64,000 nucleotides of DNA from Vicugna vicugna (lineage: Eukaryota): assembly GCA_013265495.1 (NCBI GenBank), contig MU061464.1:1568442-1632441 (forward strand), written 5' to 3'. Position 1 is the first letter of the stretch. Each line of letters begins with the position of its first letter. Under the pieces are notes generated by a model. The model was given only the letters and a program-made list of their open reading frames with translations. It searched no databases and was not told the DNA's origin. The translations under genes and the position numbers were made by a program. Below are positions 12,830-25,511 of the stretch, one piece after another.

Positions 12830-13160
12830 CATTTCTTTGATAGCATTTATGGAGCCCCTACTATGTGCTAGCCACTGTTCAGCGTGCTGGAGATAGTGTT
12901 GAACAGTCTCCTCTCCCCCATTCCGGTGAGAAGAGACACCAATAATAAAACAAACAAAATGTACAAACAAGAGACTATCAGATACCAGGGAGCCACACAG
13001 AGAATTAGAATTGGGGGTTCAGTAGGGAGTGACTGGGTGCCTGCTTTACATCGAGCTGTCAGCAGAGCATTCTCTGAGGAAGAAAATGACAAGAAGAACC
13101 TTCCTGGAAGGGGACAGACCTAAATCCAAGGCTCTAGGACTTGAATGAACTTGACATTCT
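12830..13160 (-). mobile_element. L2 LINE 3' end
   Basis: CATTTATGGAGCCCCTACTATGTGCTAGCCACTGTTCAGCGTGCTGGAGATA followed by L2 purine-rich motifs. Confidence 0.7.
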
Positions 13161-13540
13161 TTCCCTAGTCTCCTCTGTTCCACCACTTAGACTGTAAACT
13201 CCAAATGTCAAGAAGATGATCTGTTTTTATGATGAGAAAGTGATTCCTTCAACTAGCCGGTTACCTCCTTCAGTCTTGTTAAAACTTTCTAAAGTGTGAA
13301 CCAGAAATTTTCAGGAAATTTCTACAATCTCTACTTTGATGAATGCAACCACCGTACCCAGTTGTTCAAGTAGAAGCCTGGGGTTCATTCAAGACTTTGT
13401 TTGGTAGGCTGGGTATTTTTATATAGTTTTTTTTTCCTAGCTGGGAAAATATAATTAAAAGTGGTTACATTACCTGACTTAGCCTAGATAATTTCTTTTC
13501 TTTCCGTATTAAACTTAGACATCTGCACATTTAGACAGTA

Positions 13541-13870
13541 TGTGTTGGTTAGGAAAAGCGAGGCTAGGTTACAACAAATTGTGCACCGCGGTCTTTCTGT
13601 GGCTCTCCTCCAAGTGGTGACTCAGGGATCCACATTCCTCTCACCTCATATTGCAGGATTCTGGATTCACCGCAGAAGGGACATTAAGAATCTGGACAAT
13701 TGCACAATGAATTTTATGGCCAGGCGTGAGAGGAACATACATCATTTCTACTCTATTAGTGAATCCAGTCATGTGGCCCCAACCTAATAAGGACTCCCAG
13801 AGGAGTCTGTGAAATGTGGTTTTTCCCATGTGCTTGGAAAAGAGACGAACGACATGAGATTTGGTGACCC
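13541..13870 (-). mobile_element. MaLR LTR, MLT1-like
   Basis: TGTGTTGGTTAGG terminus, GTGACTCAGGGATCCA, CAGTCATGTGGCCCCAACCTAA and CCCATGTGCTTGGAAAAGAG. Confidence 0.65.
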
Positions 13871-16442
13871 CTGGGTTAGGCTCCCTTCTTCGGGTTTAGC
13901 ACAAAGTCTGAGTTGCAGTAGGCACTGAATAACTGGTGGGCTGGATGGAAGGCAGGATGGGTGGAGTGTAATCTAAGATCTTATGGCTAGTAAAAGAGTG
14001 AGCAGAATGAATATATGTTGACTTGATTAGCTAATTAATAGAAAGTTCCATACTAATTCACAGTATGCCCGGAATTATAGGAAGAAGCCATAACCATACT
14101 GTTCAAAAATAGACGAGACTGGGGGTCCCTAGGAAATTGTTTTTATTATTTCAATACACAGCCTTACTAGCCAAAGTCCCTCCAGCCTCCTCCCCTCTGA
14201 ACCCGCTGGCAGTCACTGTAGTTATTTCAAAGATTGGGAAATTATTCTGAAGGCAGCATGGTCTGTCGATGGCACTGACTTTGGCTTCCCTCACGATCAC
14301 TCTCTGTGTTGCCATAAGCCCGTTTTTAAGGCTCTGAAGTTGGCTGCCCTTGAAATGAAATGGGAAAACCTGAGTTTGAGGGCCAGTTTGGTCCCCAGCC
14401 CAGTTCTCCAGCCAGAGAGTGAACAATCCTGTGTTTGTGGCACCCTGAGCCTGCAGTGACCTTCCGGGCCAAGACGGATGCCGGAGGGAGCACATATTCT
14501 CTGAAATGACAGCAAAGGAAGGACCAGCCCATGGCCCAAGGACTGATGAATGGGCCCCTCTCTTCCCCTGGGACGGCCTCTGCGAGGCCCCGTGCAGGGC
14601 TTAACTCTTTCCTGTCTTGAGCTCTGTGCATAGAGCCCTACCTGTCCCGTCGCTAGGCTGAAAATAGATACAAGTTAGTCCTCAGTGCTAACGACAGCTG
14701 GTTACTTTTTTGAGCAACGATTCCATTCATGTATTTCCCACCTGTGCCTCAGACGGCAAGGACGGCATCCGCTTTGTCGCTTTATCCCCCTGTACCTAGC
14801 ACCGCGCGTGGCAAAGAGCAGGTGAGGCGGACGTTTGTTAAATGCATAGTGAGTGTGGGCAAACCTTGTCTCAAAGCCTAGGCTGTCATGTTGCTTTGTT
14901 TTGGCACCATCTTCCCCAAGAGGGATCACTCCTTTCTCATTATAAACAGAAAATATACATCAAGTGGCTTCTGTGTTTGTTTTGGACTCAGTGAATCTCG
15001 GAGTCATCAAGGCAGAAGCTTGGGGTCAGCACCTTCACCAACTTTAAATTTGGGGCTGGTGGCAAAAACCTCTTTTTTTCAAATTGTTCATACAAACACA
15101 TATTCTGGATGAAATGACCAGTAGGACTGCTCCACAAATCCAGGGGGCAAACACTGTCATTTAGTTTTCTCACACAAAGCAAGTGGCTTACGCTCCCATG
15201 CTTTAACAGGTTGTGGCATTAGAAAGTCCAGCATTTCTGTCATGGGGCTGTCTTCTACCCCATGACTTACCCAAAATCTCAGAGACTCATTTTGGATTAA
15301 AGAGAGGTCACCCTGACTTCCACACCCCAGTGGAGAGATGTTACTGATCACTGGTACACGGCAGGGGGATGGGCCCCCCACGGGCCTTCAGAGATGGCGT
15401 GCGAGCTCTGCACAGGCTGCTGACGGTCTGTGTGGGGAAGTGACCCTCAACCTCAGGCTCAGCTGAGCCCAGACGGCCCCTCGCCTAGGGTCCCAGAGCT
15501 GCAGGTCTCAGTGCCGACTGTCGTCCCTTCTGAGAGCTTTCCCCAAAGACCCAGTCACCTGAGGGGGCTGCATCAGATTTTACCAGGCTGTCCAGCTCTG
15601 CAGACCCCAGACTTCCGTAACTTACCATCCTCAGAGACCAGGCCACAACAGGTCTGGCAACTTTTCCTTTTCAACCTTTGAAACACAAAAGATCCTCATC
15701 TCCCCTCATTTCCAGCAAATAGGGTTACCTACCACTCCTTCAGTGTGGTCACCCTGATGGTCTCGACGGGGCCCCACGCCCTAGGAGGCAGGAGCCACCC
15801 AGTGCCTCAGGATGGCTCACCCTCCCAGACTTTCTGCTCCCTTTCTCGGTAGAACAGAGAAGCGGGAGGAAGAGCGGGGCAGGAGGAGGGGGGTGGCACT
15901 GTCGCAGGAACTAAGTGCCAGCAGGTCATTTCACTGCGTGGCTCCGCACACACCAGTGGCAGAGGCAAACCCCCTGCTTTGACCAAAAGGCAGATTTCCC
16001 CCTCTAAGTTGTACATACTCCGACATTGACCACACAAATTCAGTCAGGAGGAAAAGTGAGATGGCTCTGCTCCTCCTACACCAAAATAAAACGCTTATTC
16101 TGAGAAGAAAAAGTCTGACCAAGCACTGTCATTCCACCCCAGGAGCCCATCCTAGACATTACTTGGAATTTTATTTGCATAAAAATGTAAATTATCTTAC
16201 CATGATGTCCAGCAAAGATTCAGCGCCTTGGAGCCAGACAGGCTCCAAGTTTGTTCTTTAGAATTGAGTTTAGTGTTGGTGGAGTAGGAACAGTGGTGGG
16301 AGGACGTCTCCACAGACACAGCCTGGCAAACACAGCGACATCCAGGCTGACGCAGGACTCCCTCCAGGGCCTGGGGCGAGTCGCCCAGGCCCCACGCCTT
16401 GAAGGGGTCACGCAGCAGCTAAGTGCAGCTGTCAACACCTGG

Positions 16443-16460
16443 CTGCAGCAGGGGGCCAGG
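16443..16460 (+). promoter_or_regulatory. Candidate CTCF site CTGCAGCAGGGGGCCAGG
   Basis: Matches 11 of the first 13 positions of the CCASYAGRKGGCR core, about 200 bp left of a CpG island. Confidence 0.35.
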
Positions 16461-16679
16461 TACCGACTCAAAAGGCATGGTCCGGAGCACTGTGACCCTC
16501 AGTAGGGGGTCTGAAAGGAAAACATCAAACCACAGGGTGGTGGGAGGGGTTGCCACAAGTTATTAACTCATGAGACAAACCTTTAAGACCAAGGAAAATT
16601 TCCCCAAACGTCCTGTCCTACACTCTGAGGACGTTGTGAGAAGCAGATGAATCAAGTGAAGAGCTGAGCATGGACGCCT

Positions 16680-17330
16680 TCTGGTGCCTCGGGGCGGCCG
16701 CTGCGGTGCCTCCAACGCTAAGACTTAGAGAGTGAGACCCCTGGGAGGGAGGGCCCGAGCCTCGTGGACTAAGCCTGTGCGCGCCGGCACCCCGCACCCC
16801 CCCACCCCGAGCACCCCTGACCGAGTCACGCCGCCGCTGGGCTCGCGGGTTTTTCCCCACATGGTTTGCTTCTCTAACAATCACTTTAGACGTTAAACAA
16901 CTGCGACCAGTTGGCTCTGAATTCTCGTTTTACAGGCAGGCGAAGAGCAGGGGCCGCTGGGCTTCCTGAGGGTTTGCAAGGGGAATTCGAGCGTGAGGGA
17001 GCTGCCTCCGTTCCCCTGCCCTTGGTTAAACGTGATTCGGTTCGGTTCCGTTCCAGAGCAGGCATCCGGTGTGTGCGCACACCAGCCCGGCGGGGGCGGC
17101 CAGGACGCGGAGGGCGCCGCCAGTGCCCGTGGGGCGCATCGCCGAGCGGGGCCCACAGGCAGGGGGCAGGTAACTGCCGCGTGGAGCAGAGACGGGAGTG
17201 ACACCCCGTCCCGCGCGAGGCAGGGAAGGCTGCAGTAAAGGCGGCGTTGGAGCTGGGCCTTGCGGGATGCGCTGGCCTTCTGGGCAAGACGGGAAAGGGC
17301 CCGTGAGCAGAGGGAGGGCACTGATAAAAG
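16680..17330. promoter_or_regulatory. CpG island 1 (orphan promoter or enhancer)
   Basis: Dense CpG, GC boxes (GGGGGCGG) and GCACCCC-type repeats at about 16786-16818. No linked coding exon seen. Confidence 0.65.
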
Positions 17331-17929
17331 TGAGGTCGTGAGGCAGGGTGTGGGGTCTAAAGGGAGCCAGGTGGGTGGTGGGTGGTGGGGCAGATGCTAG
17401 AACAATGGAGTTAGAAAGAGGGGCCCCAGTGTGGGGGGGTTTGTATCTTTGTTCGGGACTTAGGCTTCAGGCAGCAGAAGCTCACTAACACAGAAGCCTC
17501 CAACACAGCACCTGGGGCGTCCAGCTCTCACGGGAGCCTGGTTCAGGATGGAAGTTATTTCCTCGAGGCCTCGCTGCGGGTGCCAGAAATTCCCAGCATT
17601 CCACTCACTCCTCAGAGGCCTTCTGGAAATGTGCAGGTACGTGTCCCCTGAAGGGGGTACCACACGAATGCCCTGACCCCCGCCCCCTGTGCTCACTGCC
17701 ACCGACACCTCAGTCACTCATTGCTGGAACTCAACGGCAGGCTTTGGGGCTCGGCTGCCTAGTTCAAAGCCCAGCTCTGCCGCTTGCAGCCAGGGAGCCT
17801 GGGGCAAGCTACTGCAGCAGCGAGGTGAGGCTCTGCCAGCCGAGAGCCGGCACCTGGGCGCACCTGCATTCCTTTGTCCTCAGGCACCATTCTCCACCCC
17901 ATGCCTCCTCGCAGCTGACTGCCCTAGAA

Positions 17930-18247
17930 CAGTGTTGACCACCAGAATACAATGTGAACCACGTGTAATTAAAGTGTTTTCCAGTAAACTGATTATAAAA
18001 AGGTAAAAAGAAACACTTGAAATTAATAATTTATTTAAGCAAATACATCCAAAATACTGTCATTTAAAACATGTAATTAATATAAAAATCAGTATGGAGA
18101 TATCTTACATCCGTTTTTGGGTACTAAGTCTCAAATCCAGGGTGTAATTCTTACAGCACCTGCCCACTTGGAGTAGCCACGTTTTGAGTGACCACATATA
18201 GCTCAATGGTCACACGTGGCTAGAAGCTACCACACTGGGCAGCACAG
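17930..18247 (+). mobile_element. MER33 hAT-Charlie element, near full length
   Basis: CAGTGTTGACCACCAGAATACAATGTGAACCAC...CACGTGGCTAGAAGCTACCACACTGGGCAGCACAG with degenerate 8-bp TSDs CCCTAGAA / CTTTGGAA (Charlie-type NTCTAGAN). Confidence 0.8.
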
Positions 18248-21200
18248 CTTTGGAACAATGGCCCGCATGGCTGGACTGAAATAATAGCAGTAGTTAATAT
18301 TTCTTGCCTACCAGCTGAGAGGCCCTGGGTAAATGACTAAACCTGGCCTGTGTCCTCCGTAAGAGAGAAGAAATAATACATCTAACATAGTGTTGAGAGC
18401 CTTAAGTTAGGACACATATCTGAAGGCCTGAATGTGATTGTCATTTCCTCTTTGCCTTTGTGCATGTAGTTTTCTCAGCCTGGAGCTCCCTATCTCCTCC
18501 ACCTGCAAATCCTTATTCATTTGTTAAGACCTTGTTCAAAGGTCACCTCCTCTAGGAGGCCTACCCACCTTGCCTATTAGCATCACGTGTTCCTGGCCCC
18601 GGACCAGCTTAGTACATTTTCAGACCTCTTTAGGTCTCATTCACTGAAGATGCAGATTTTCAACTTTCTAGCATCTCTGAAATCAGGGTACATTTATATT
18701 ACAGTTGGAAATGTTTCTTCCTCTCTTGCTGAGATTAAAAAAGAAAAAGCAAAGGCATGATTGCAATATCTAAGTATAGATTTAATACATTTTAGTATTT
18801 GCCTTTGTGTCCCCAGGCACTGGGCTCAGTAAATGCAATAAATGTGTCAAATGTTCTGACAACACTAATAAAAGTTTACTGCAATTACCGCACGTGTAAG
18901 TTATTTGGCTGGCTGCCTTCCCTTCACTCTGGCTGGTAACGTCTCCACGGGCAGGGACTATGCGCTCTTTCATAATAATGGGCTGGGCATCTGTGAGAGG
19001 CCAAAATGTAACACCTGGTTTTGGAGGAAAACGTGCCCTTCAGTTACCTGGAAGGGAAGAAGTCCCACCTCCTCACTACGGCATGATTAGGCTTTAAGCT
19101 TTTCTTTACCAGAATATTTAATCACGGCATCAGGAAGCAGAGGATCCAGCGAGAGCGCCAGGCTGAGACATGTGCACCTGTGGGAGCAGAGGGGAGAGGC
19201 AGCATTTCCCCTCAAAGCCATGCGTTTCCTCAGAACCCACATGGGGCCCCAAACAGGTTATCTTTCAAAAGACCCAGTACAGGGCAAGAAGAGCTTTTAA
19301 ATTCCAAGAGTTTTAACAAAGTCTTTCCCATCTAATGTCAGATTGTGCTGTCTCTCCCCAATTCGTAAAATGATACACAAATTTTTTAAATGCCAAACAG
19401 CTTTCTTATCAAGAGAGCTCCAACTACAGCCAACTACCATTCATTAGAGCGATTAAAAACAGTGCTTTGTCCAAAAGAAGCTGAAGGGCTCGGGAGGTGT
19501 GTGGACAAGGACCTCTTGTGCGTGGTGATGCCCAAGCGATGCCTCCGCAGAAACTCAGGATTTAAAAAGAGCCCAGTAGGAAATGTCCGGAATGTCCGTA
19601 GTGCTCCTGTAAGCAAGGATTGATGTTAAGATTTTGAGGTTATCTCAAAGCTGTTGTTTGAAGGTTTATCTTGATTCTTCCTTGACGAGTGGATTGGAAT
19701 TTGAATCACATTAAAAAAAAAAAAAGGACTCACTCTATTTGGGGATTTTACCCAACTAAATACACGCACAGACAGTATGCCTCAAACTACCACCACCCCT
19801 CTGTGGGGGAATCTCGTCTGTTCTTTGGCAAACAGTGCAAACATTTGGATTCAACTAAGGGTGTGTGGTTTTACTTTTTTTTCCTCCCTGAAAAGAAACT
19901 GTGGCTTTACAAATTCAGTTACTGTAAATTGCCCCCTGCCTCACTAAACTCTCAGGTGGGTTGGTTTAGAGTCCCAGGCCGTGCTAGGCTGGGTTTGGGC
20001 TGCAGGGGCTCCTGGGAGCCCTGATTAAACTGGGCCCCTCTGCAGGCTTCAGCATCCTGGATTTGAAAAGGAAAAAAATCACACACTCTCTAACTTCCTG
20101 TTTTCCCTTCACTTCCTCCTCTCCTCCAGTTCAGTGTAAATGAAGTCACTTTGGCTGGCGAACCAAAAAGGATCATCAAGTAGATGATCACCGGGTCCTT
20201 CCTGTGAATATTTCTACCCTTCTTCTTCTCCCATATTAACAAGCCTCCCATACCCAGCTCTTCCTGGAGAAGATTCCTGCTGACGGACTGAAGTCCTCCT
20301 AAGCGTAGGAGGGGTTAGGCAGCTGCAAGTCATGTCAGTGTGATGCCAGGCCCCTTGCTGAGCTCTGGTAGGAGCTCACGGCCCCCATGCAGCGGGCATG
20401 CCCAGTCCCACAGAAAAGAGAGGTTCCGGAGGGCAGGGTCTGCAGCAGGCGTAGGAACAGAGCCTCTGACAGGGGAAGGGAGTGCTCTTAGCTGTCCACG
20501 TAGCAGCTGCCCATCAGATGCTCGCTCCATGCAGGCACCTTTGCACAGGATTCCGGTCCATCTGGGTGTAAGAGCCAGCTGCCAGTTTTGACTCCTGAGG
20601 AGGGTAGACTCACCACACACGGTGCCCAGCAGCCCTCTCCTTCTTGCCCAACTCTTTCCCCTTAGTTCAGCTAAAACAAAGCTGGGATTTTTTTCCCTCC
20701 CACAAATAATTTTACTGGAACTAAGGAGGAAGCTAAGGAGGCACAACACAAAAACACAGAGGCCGATGAGTTTTCAGAGTCACAGATTTCTTATCTGGCA
20801 GAGCTTCCTGGGGAATTGGCTTCCTCCCCTACCCGCACCCTCCATAAAGAAAGGCCCTGATCCTTTGTGTGCAGTGAGATAAACATATTTCCAGAGGGGA
20901 TGGGCCCCTCTCTTCTAGAGATATTTCTTTCCCTTCATCCTGCTCCACCCTCTCCCTCAAGGTCCTGACACTAATTAAGAACATGATCAACAATAATACA
21001 TTAAAAAAAAAAGCCAATAGTATTATGAACCCAAATTGAAAAACGTACAACAAAAAACTGACGTGTTATCTTTAAGCATATTGAGGTCATGAAAGCTTAG
21101 GAAATAGAGAACTGTTCCAAAATGAGAGACTAAAGAGATGTGACACCAACATGAAGTTCTGGACTGGTTGCTTTTTCTTTAAAGATTATTATTGGCAAAG

Positions 21201-21503
21201 ATTGAGTGGAGTCCAAGGATTAGACAGCAGTATTGGGCCAATGTTAATTTCCTGATTTTGACAGTTGTGTTGTGATTATGTGGGCAAATGTTTTTGTTTA
21301 CAGGAAATACACATTAAGTATTCTGTGGTGACAGGGCATCATGTCAGCAACTTACCCTCAAACGGTGAAGGAAAATATGTTCTTTGTACTCTATTTGCAA
21401 CTTTTTAAAAGTTTGAGATTGTTTAAAAAATTTTTTTAAACTACTCTGTACCGAGAAATCCCATTTTTAGGAAGCTATTCAAAAGATACACTGTTGAAAA
21501 TAC

Positions 21504-21585
21504 GGAAAGGAAAGACGGGAGGAGGGGAGAGACGGAGGGAGGGAGCCGGGGAGGGAGGGAGCGGGGGAGGGAGGGAGCAGAGAAG
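21504..21585 (+). repeat. Purine-rich GGGA/GGAG low-complexity tract (G4 or triplex potential)
   Basis: GGAAAGGAAAGACGGGAGGAGGGGAGAGACGGAGGGAGGGAGCCGGGGAGGGAGGGAGCGGGGGAGGGAGGGAG. Confidence 0.8.
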
Positions 21586-21755
21586 TACAGGGCTATTGTG
21601 TTTGCCAACAAAGACGAAAACTCAAACACCTGTCATTAAGGGACGGGTTGAGTAAAAAAGTAAAAAAGAGTAAGAAATAGCTCTGTACCCCACTATGGAG
21701 TGGCTTCTGAGATACAGTAAGCAAGAAAGGCAGAGCAGAGCAAACTGTGCATGTA

Positions 21756-21960
21756 TAGTTGACCCTTGAACATGAGCTTGAACTGCATGGGCCCACTTAC
21801 AGGTGGATGTGCTCACGACACAGTCCTGGGTGGGCTGACTCGTTCACGTGGAATCAGGACACAGAAGACCGCCTGCAAAGTTAAAAGTGGAGTTTTGACA
21901 GTGCGGAGGGTGGGGCACCCCAAAAGCCTTGCCCAGCCCCTGTTGTTCAACGGTCAACTG
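21756..21960. mobile_element. Tigger2-type (TcMar) MITE, 205 bp
   Basis: TIRs TAGTTGACCCTTGAACA / TGTTCAACGGTCAACTG, flanked by TA on both sides (21754-55 and 21961-62). Confidence 0.85.
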
Positions 21961-22117
21961 TATATATAAGAAAAGGAAACATGTATCTGTGTGTGTATGT
22001 GTAACATTTTTAAAACAAGCAATAGAGGAGTAATCATAAAATTTAAAAACAAATGATTACCTATAATATATAGGAAGAAACAGGATGAAGATGTGAAATA
22101 GAAGCCATGCTTTTTAG

Positions 22118-22249
22118 TGGGGAGAATACAGCTTAAGTGCTAGCTAAGCGTTCACGAGGCCCTGGGTTCCATCCCCAGCACCTCCATTAGAAATAAATAA
22201 ACAAATAAACCTAGTTACCTCCCCCCACCCAAAAAAATTTAAAAAAAAT
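22118..22249 (+). mobile_element. tRNA-derived camelid SINE (Vic-1-like) with internal deletion
   Basis: GGGGAGAATACAGCTTAAGTG...CACGAGGCCCTGGGTTCCATCCCCAGCACCTCC...AAATAAACCTAGTTACCTCCCCCC followed by an A-rich tail. Probable 7-bp TSD TTTTTAG (22111-17 and 22250-56). Confidence 0.85.
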
Positions 22250-23269
22250 TTTTTAGGCTATACTTTTAAAATATACGTCATTTTGTAGACTTGACTTTAG
22301 AACCATGTAAATGCTTTTTAAAATTACATTTAAAAAAATGAATCCTGGAAACTAAAATGAAACAAATGATACCAAATGTCAATGCAGTTTGCACAGCCCC
22401 ACGGAGAGAGAAACTGTTCCATGGGACCTGAAAACTCCAGCCTGACTTCAGGTCCCACAGAGGGCTGTGTCCCAGGGGCAAACAGAACCACAAGAGCAGA
22501 AACAAAACCCACTCCAACTCTTTTCAGGAATCGTGTCATTGGTGGAAATGTTGGTGGTTTTAATGATACGTGTATGTGTGTGTTGTACGAAAGAACGAAC
22601 GCGTAATTATGTGGTAACGTACCGTTCTCAGTGTTTGGGAGAGAGGAGGTGTAGGACTGAATACATAAGCAAAGTCCCTGAAATCTTGAACTTGAGTTGG
22701 AAGTATCAATGTGAACTCACAAAACCCATGAACTTAAGAAATAAATAGATTTCCTAGCTCCATCTACTACAAAGGCCAAGGAACAAGGAGTCACCGGTTA
22801 GCCCAGAGCCCCCTGTGTCCAGAGTGAGCTGCGGAGACACCATTTCCCACTGAAAGGCTCACGGTGAGAGCCTTTGGAGGAACAGCTGACATCAGATTTA
22901 GAGCCGGAAACGCACAAGACGTGCCCGGAGCACCTTGTCATGACAGATAGAAATTTACCGAAGAGGACGCAGGCTGCAGCAAGGGGGTAGAGGGCCAGCC
23001 TTAAAAGGCTCCCACTGGCCAAAGATGGGACAGCTTGAAACTCAGTGATTCTAACAGGTAATAACTGGCCACACGTGAAGGTGGCTGGTGAGTCAGTTCT
23101 CTTTTTTTTACCACTGGTAAAAAAAGGGAGAAAAAAAGTCCAGCGTTCGTCTTGTCTCTCCTACACAGACAATTGCACCGGTTGACCAGGGAGCAGGAGA
23201 GAGGCATCCGTCCTCATCACAGAAGTGTCGGCAGCCAATAAACAAAGCAGCAGTGTTAGAGCGTCACCA

Positions 23270-24003
23270 TCACCGTTCCACAGGAGCCGGCGGTCAGCGG
23301 CTGCCAGCGTCACAGAAGGAGAGAGACTGGGTGTGATGTGCTCCTGCCGCAGGAACACAGCCTCTGTAAAGCCGTCCTACCAAAGAGTCACACTAAAGCT
23401 GACAGAGCCCAAGATCCACCGACCAAAGGACAGGAAAACCAGAAGACAAAGGAACGCACAACGACACCACTGCGACCAGGTCAGAAGACTCCAGCCTGGG
23501 AGAAGCTCTGCGTGGTCAGCAACCTGGTTCCTCCAAGGGGAGAGAGAAACAGGAGGACAGGGAGAGCGGGAGCGGGAGCAGGGGAGGGGGGGGCTTCAGA
23601 GCGGGAAAGGCGCTCAGTGAGACCGAGCACCCAGTCATATTCGGATAATGAATCAAGTAAGGAAACTTTGAAAATGAATCATGACAGTTATGAGACATTT
23701 GAAAGTCTGAACACTGGCTAGATTTTGGATATTAAGGGCTTGGTGTCTTTGGTGTGGTCATGATACTGTGGCAATTTTTTTTGAGTCATTTTCTTTTAGA
23801 GATTCAAATGGAACTGTTTATGGGAGAAATTCTATGATGTCTGGAATTTGTTTCAAAATAATGCAGATGGGGTGGAGGAAGTGAGAGGGGCCAGGAATTC
23901 ATAGATGTTGAAACTGAGTGATAGGTACCTTTTTACATGCCTGAAATCTTCTTGTATATCCTGTCTATCTTTGTGCATGCTTGAAATTTTCCATAATGAA
24001 GTT
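23270..24003 (+). mobile_element. Old L1 (L1ME-type) 3' end
   Basis: ATGATGTCTGGAATTTGTTTCAAAATAAT, GATGTTGAAACTGAGTGATAGGTAC and GCATGCTTGAAATTTTCCATAATGAAGTT terminus. The 5' part is GC-shifted. Confidence 0.7.
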
Positions 24004-25511
24004 AGGAAGTAGCACCTACTGTGTGCCGGGGACTAGGCCGGCACCTAAGGCGCGAGCTGGCATCACAGGAAAACTCAGAGCTTCTCCTCTGTGACTTGCA
24101 CATGTGGAAAGGGAGAAGGATCTGGTGGCAACGCCCTTAACTCCCGCCTTACTTGATGAGATGAATATGCACGTTCCTCTGCCAAACTGGAAATTGAGAG
24201 CAGAAGGCAGCCCTGCGTAAACTGCTCCTCCGTGGAGCTCGCTGGAGGCCGGAACCATTACTCAGGGTCCAGCTGCACGGCTTTCTCATCCACCCAGAAA
24301 CACATGCAGACATGTGCCAGATCGAAATAGGCCCACGTGCGGGTTTTAACAAAGAACAGCCAGACAACAGCCCCACAGATGCATCTGACCTCTCCCTTGG
24401 CCTCCGGGCCTTCCATGGAAATGGGAACTTTCCTCTGACACTCAGATGACACCCACTAGCCGTTCACAACAGTCCTACAGAGAGTGGGCAGTGCCCTTTG
24501 GCCGCATCGGGGCAGGGGGCCGGATAGTCTAAATTGCTGGCATTCACACCCACAATCTCCTCTTATTTCTGGCCCCCACCCTGTTTGGAATTTAGCTGCG
24601 TGGTCCTTGAGGGTAAAAACATCAATGCCGCTGGACATCCCCTGTCCGGAGCGGTGACCTCAATGTACAGGCCTGGGATGTTTTCCCAGGAATCTGAGAG
24701 AAAATAGTTTCATCAGAGAGAGAGACCTGTGGTGTCACGGGCGTCCTGGCGGAGGGCCAGGCCTGGGCGCGGGTCCCGCGGGCTGGTGCTTGCTTGCGCT
24801 TAGCTCGCAGTGAGGGGGCGCTCCAGTCGGGGTCTGCACCGTTGTCTCCATTCAGGCTTGCTGGCAGTGAGCGTTAGAGACTCTGGAAGATGTGAGGAAA
24901 AGAATATCATCTTTGCCCTTCAACTTAGGTCAAGGAATAATCAGACCACGACGGAGAGGAGGGAGAGACAATTTCTAACTGCAGTAGTGAAGTTGCCGGA
25001 GTGTGAAGACCTTAAAAGATAATTAAATTTCCAACTTCATTAGTCAAGAGACTGGGCCTGGGGTGTGTGGAGAGCAGAGAATTCCAGGTGGAGGGACTGT
25101 CTTGAACAAAGTCATGCATAATGGACATTATAAAATCTTCTGCAAGTTGAATGAGTAAAACCGTTGGTGGTAGGGGACCTCCAAATGCAGAATGCTGTCG
25201 AACCTCAGGAACTGTCTTGGCCTGTTTACGTCCGTGTGGTTATTCACTAGTCTTTCGGAACGCTGGTTATCTTCTTTGCAAAGATAGAGGAAAAGCACAG
25301 GGGTCAAAGTAGTTGACTGTGGCTTGATAATATGTGCAACGGATTAGCCAGTCCTGAAAGTGGGATTTGAGAACTGGGTCAAAATGATGTGGGGCGCAGC
25401 CTAGCTTATTCATACCAAAGAGGCTGTCTGCTAACCTCTTGAACCCAGCTTTTCCAGTCTCATATTGGATCAAATATCTCACCAACTCCTTGGTAAACAG
25501 TAGAAGATCCC

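Larger units (their letters stand above)
21050..22750 (+). mobile_element. Old L1 (L1MC-type) 3' end fragments hosting a MITE and a SINE
   Basis: GAGGTCATGAAAG...GAACTGTTCCA...AGAGACTAAAGAGATGTGACA, CAATGTTAATTTCCTGATTTTGA, GGGCATCATGTCAGCAACTTACCCTCAAA and TTTGCAACTTTTTAAAAGTTTGAGATTGTT. Confidence 0.7.
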
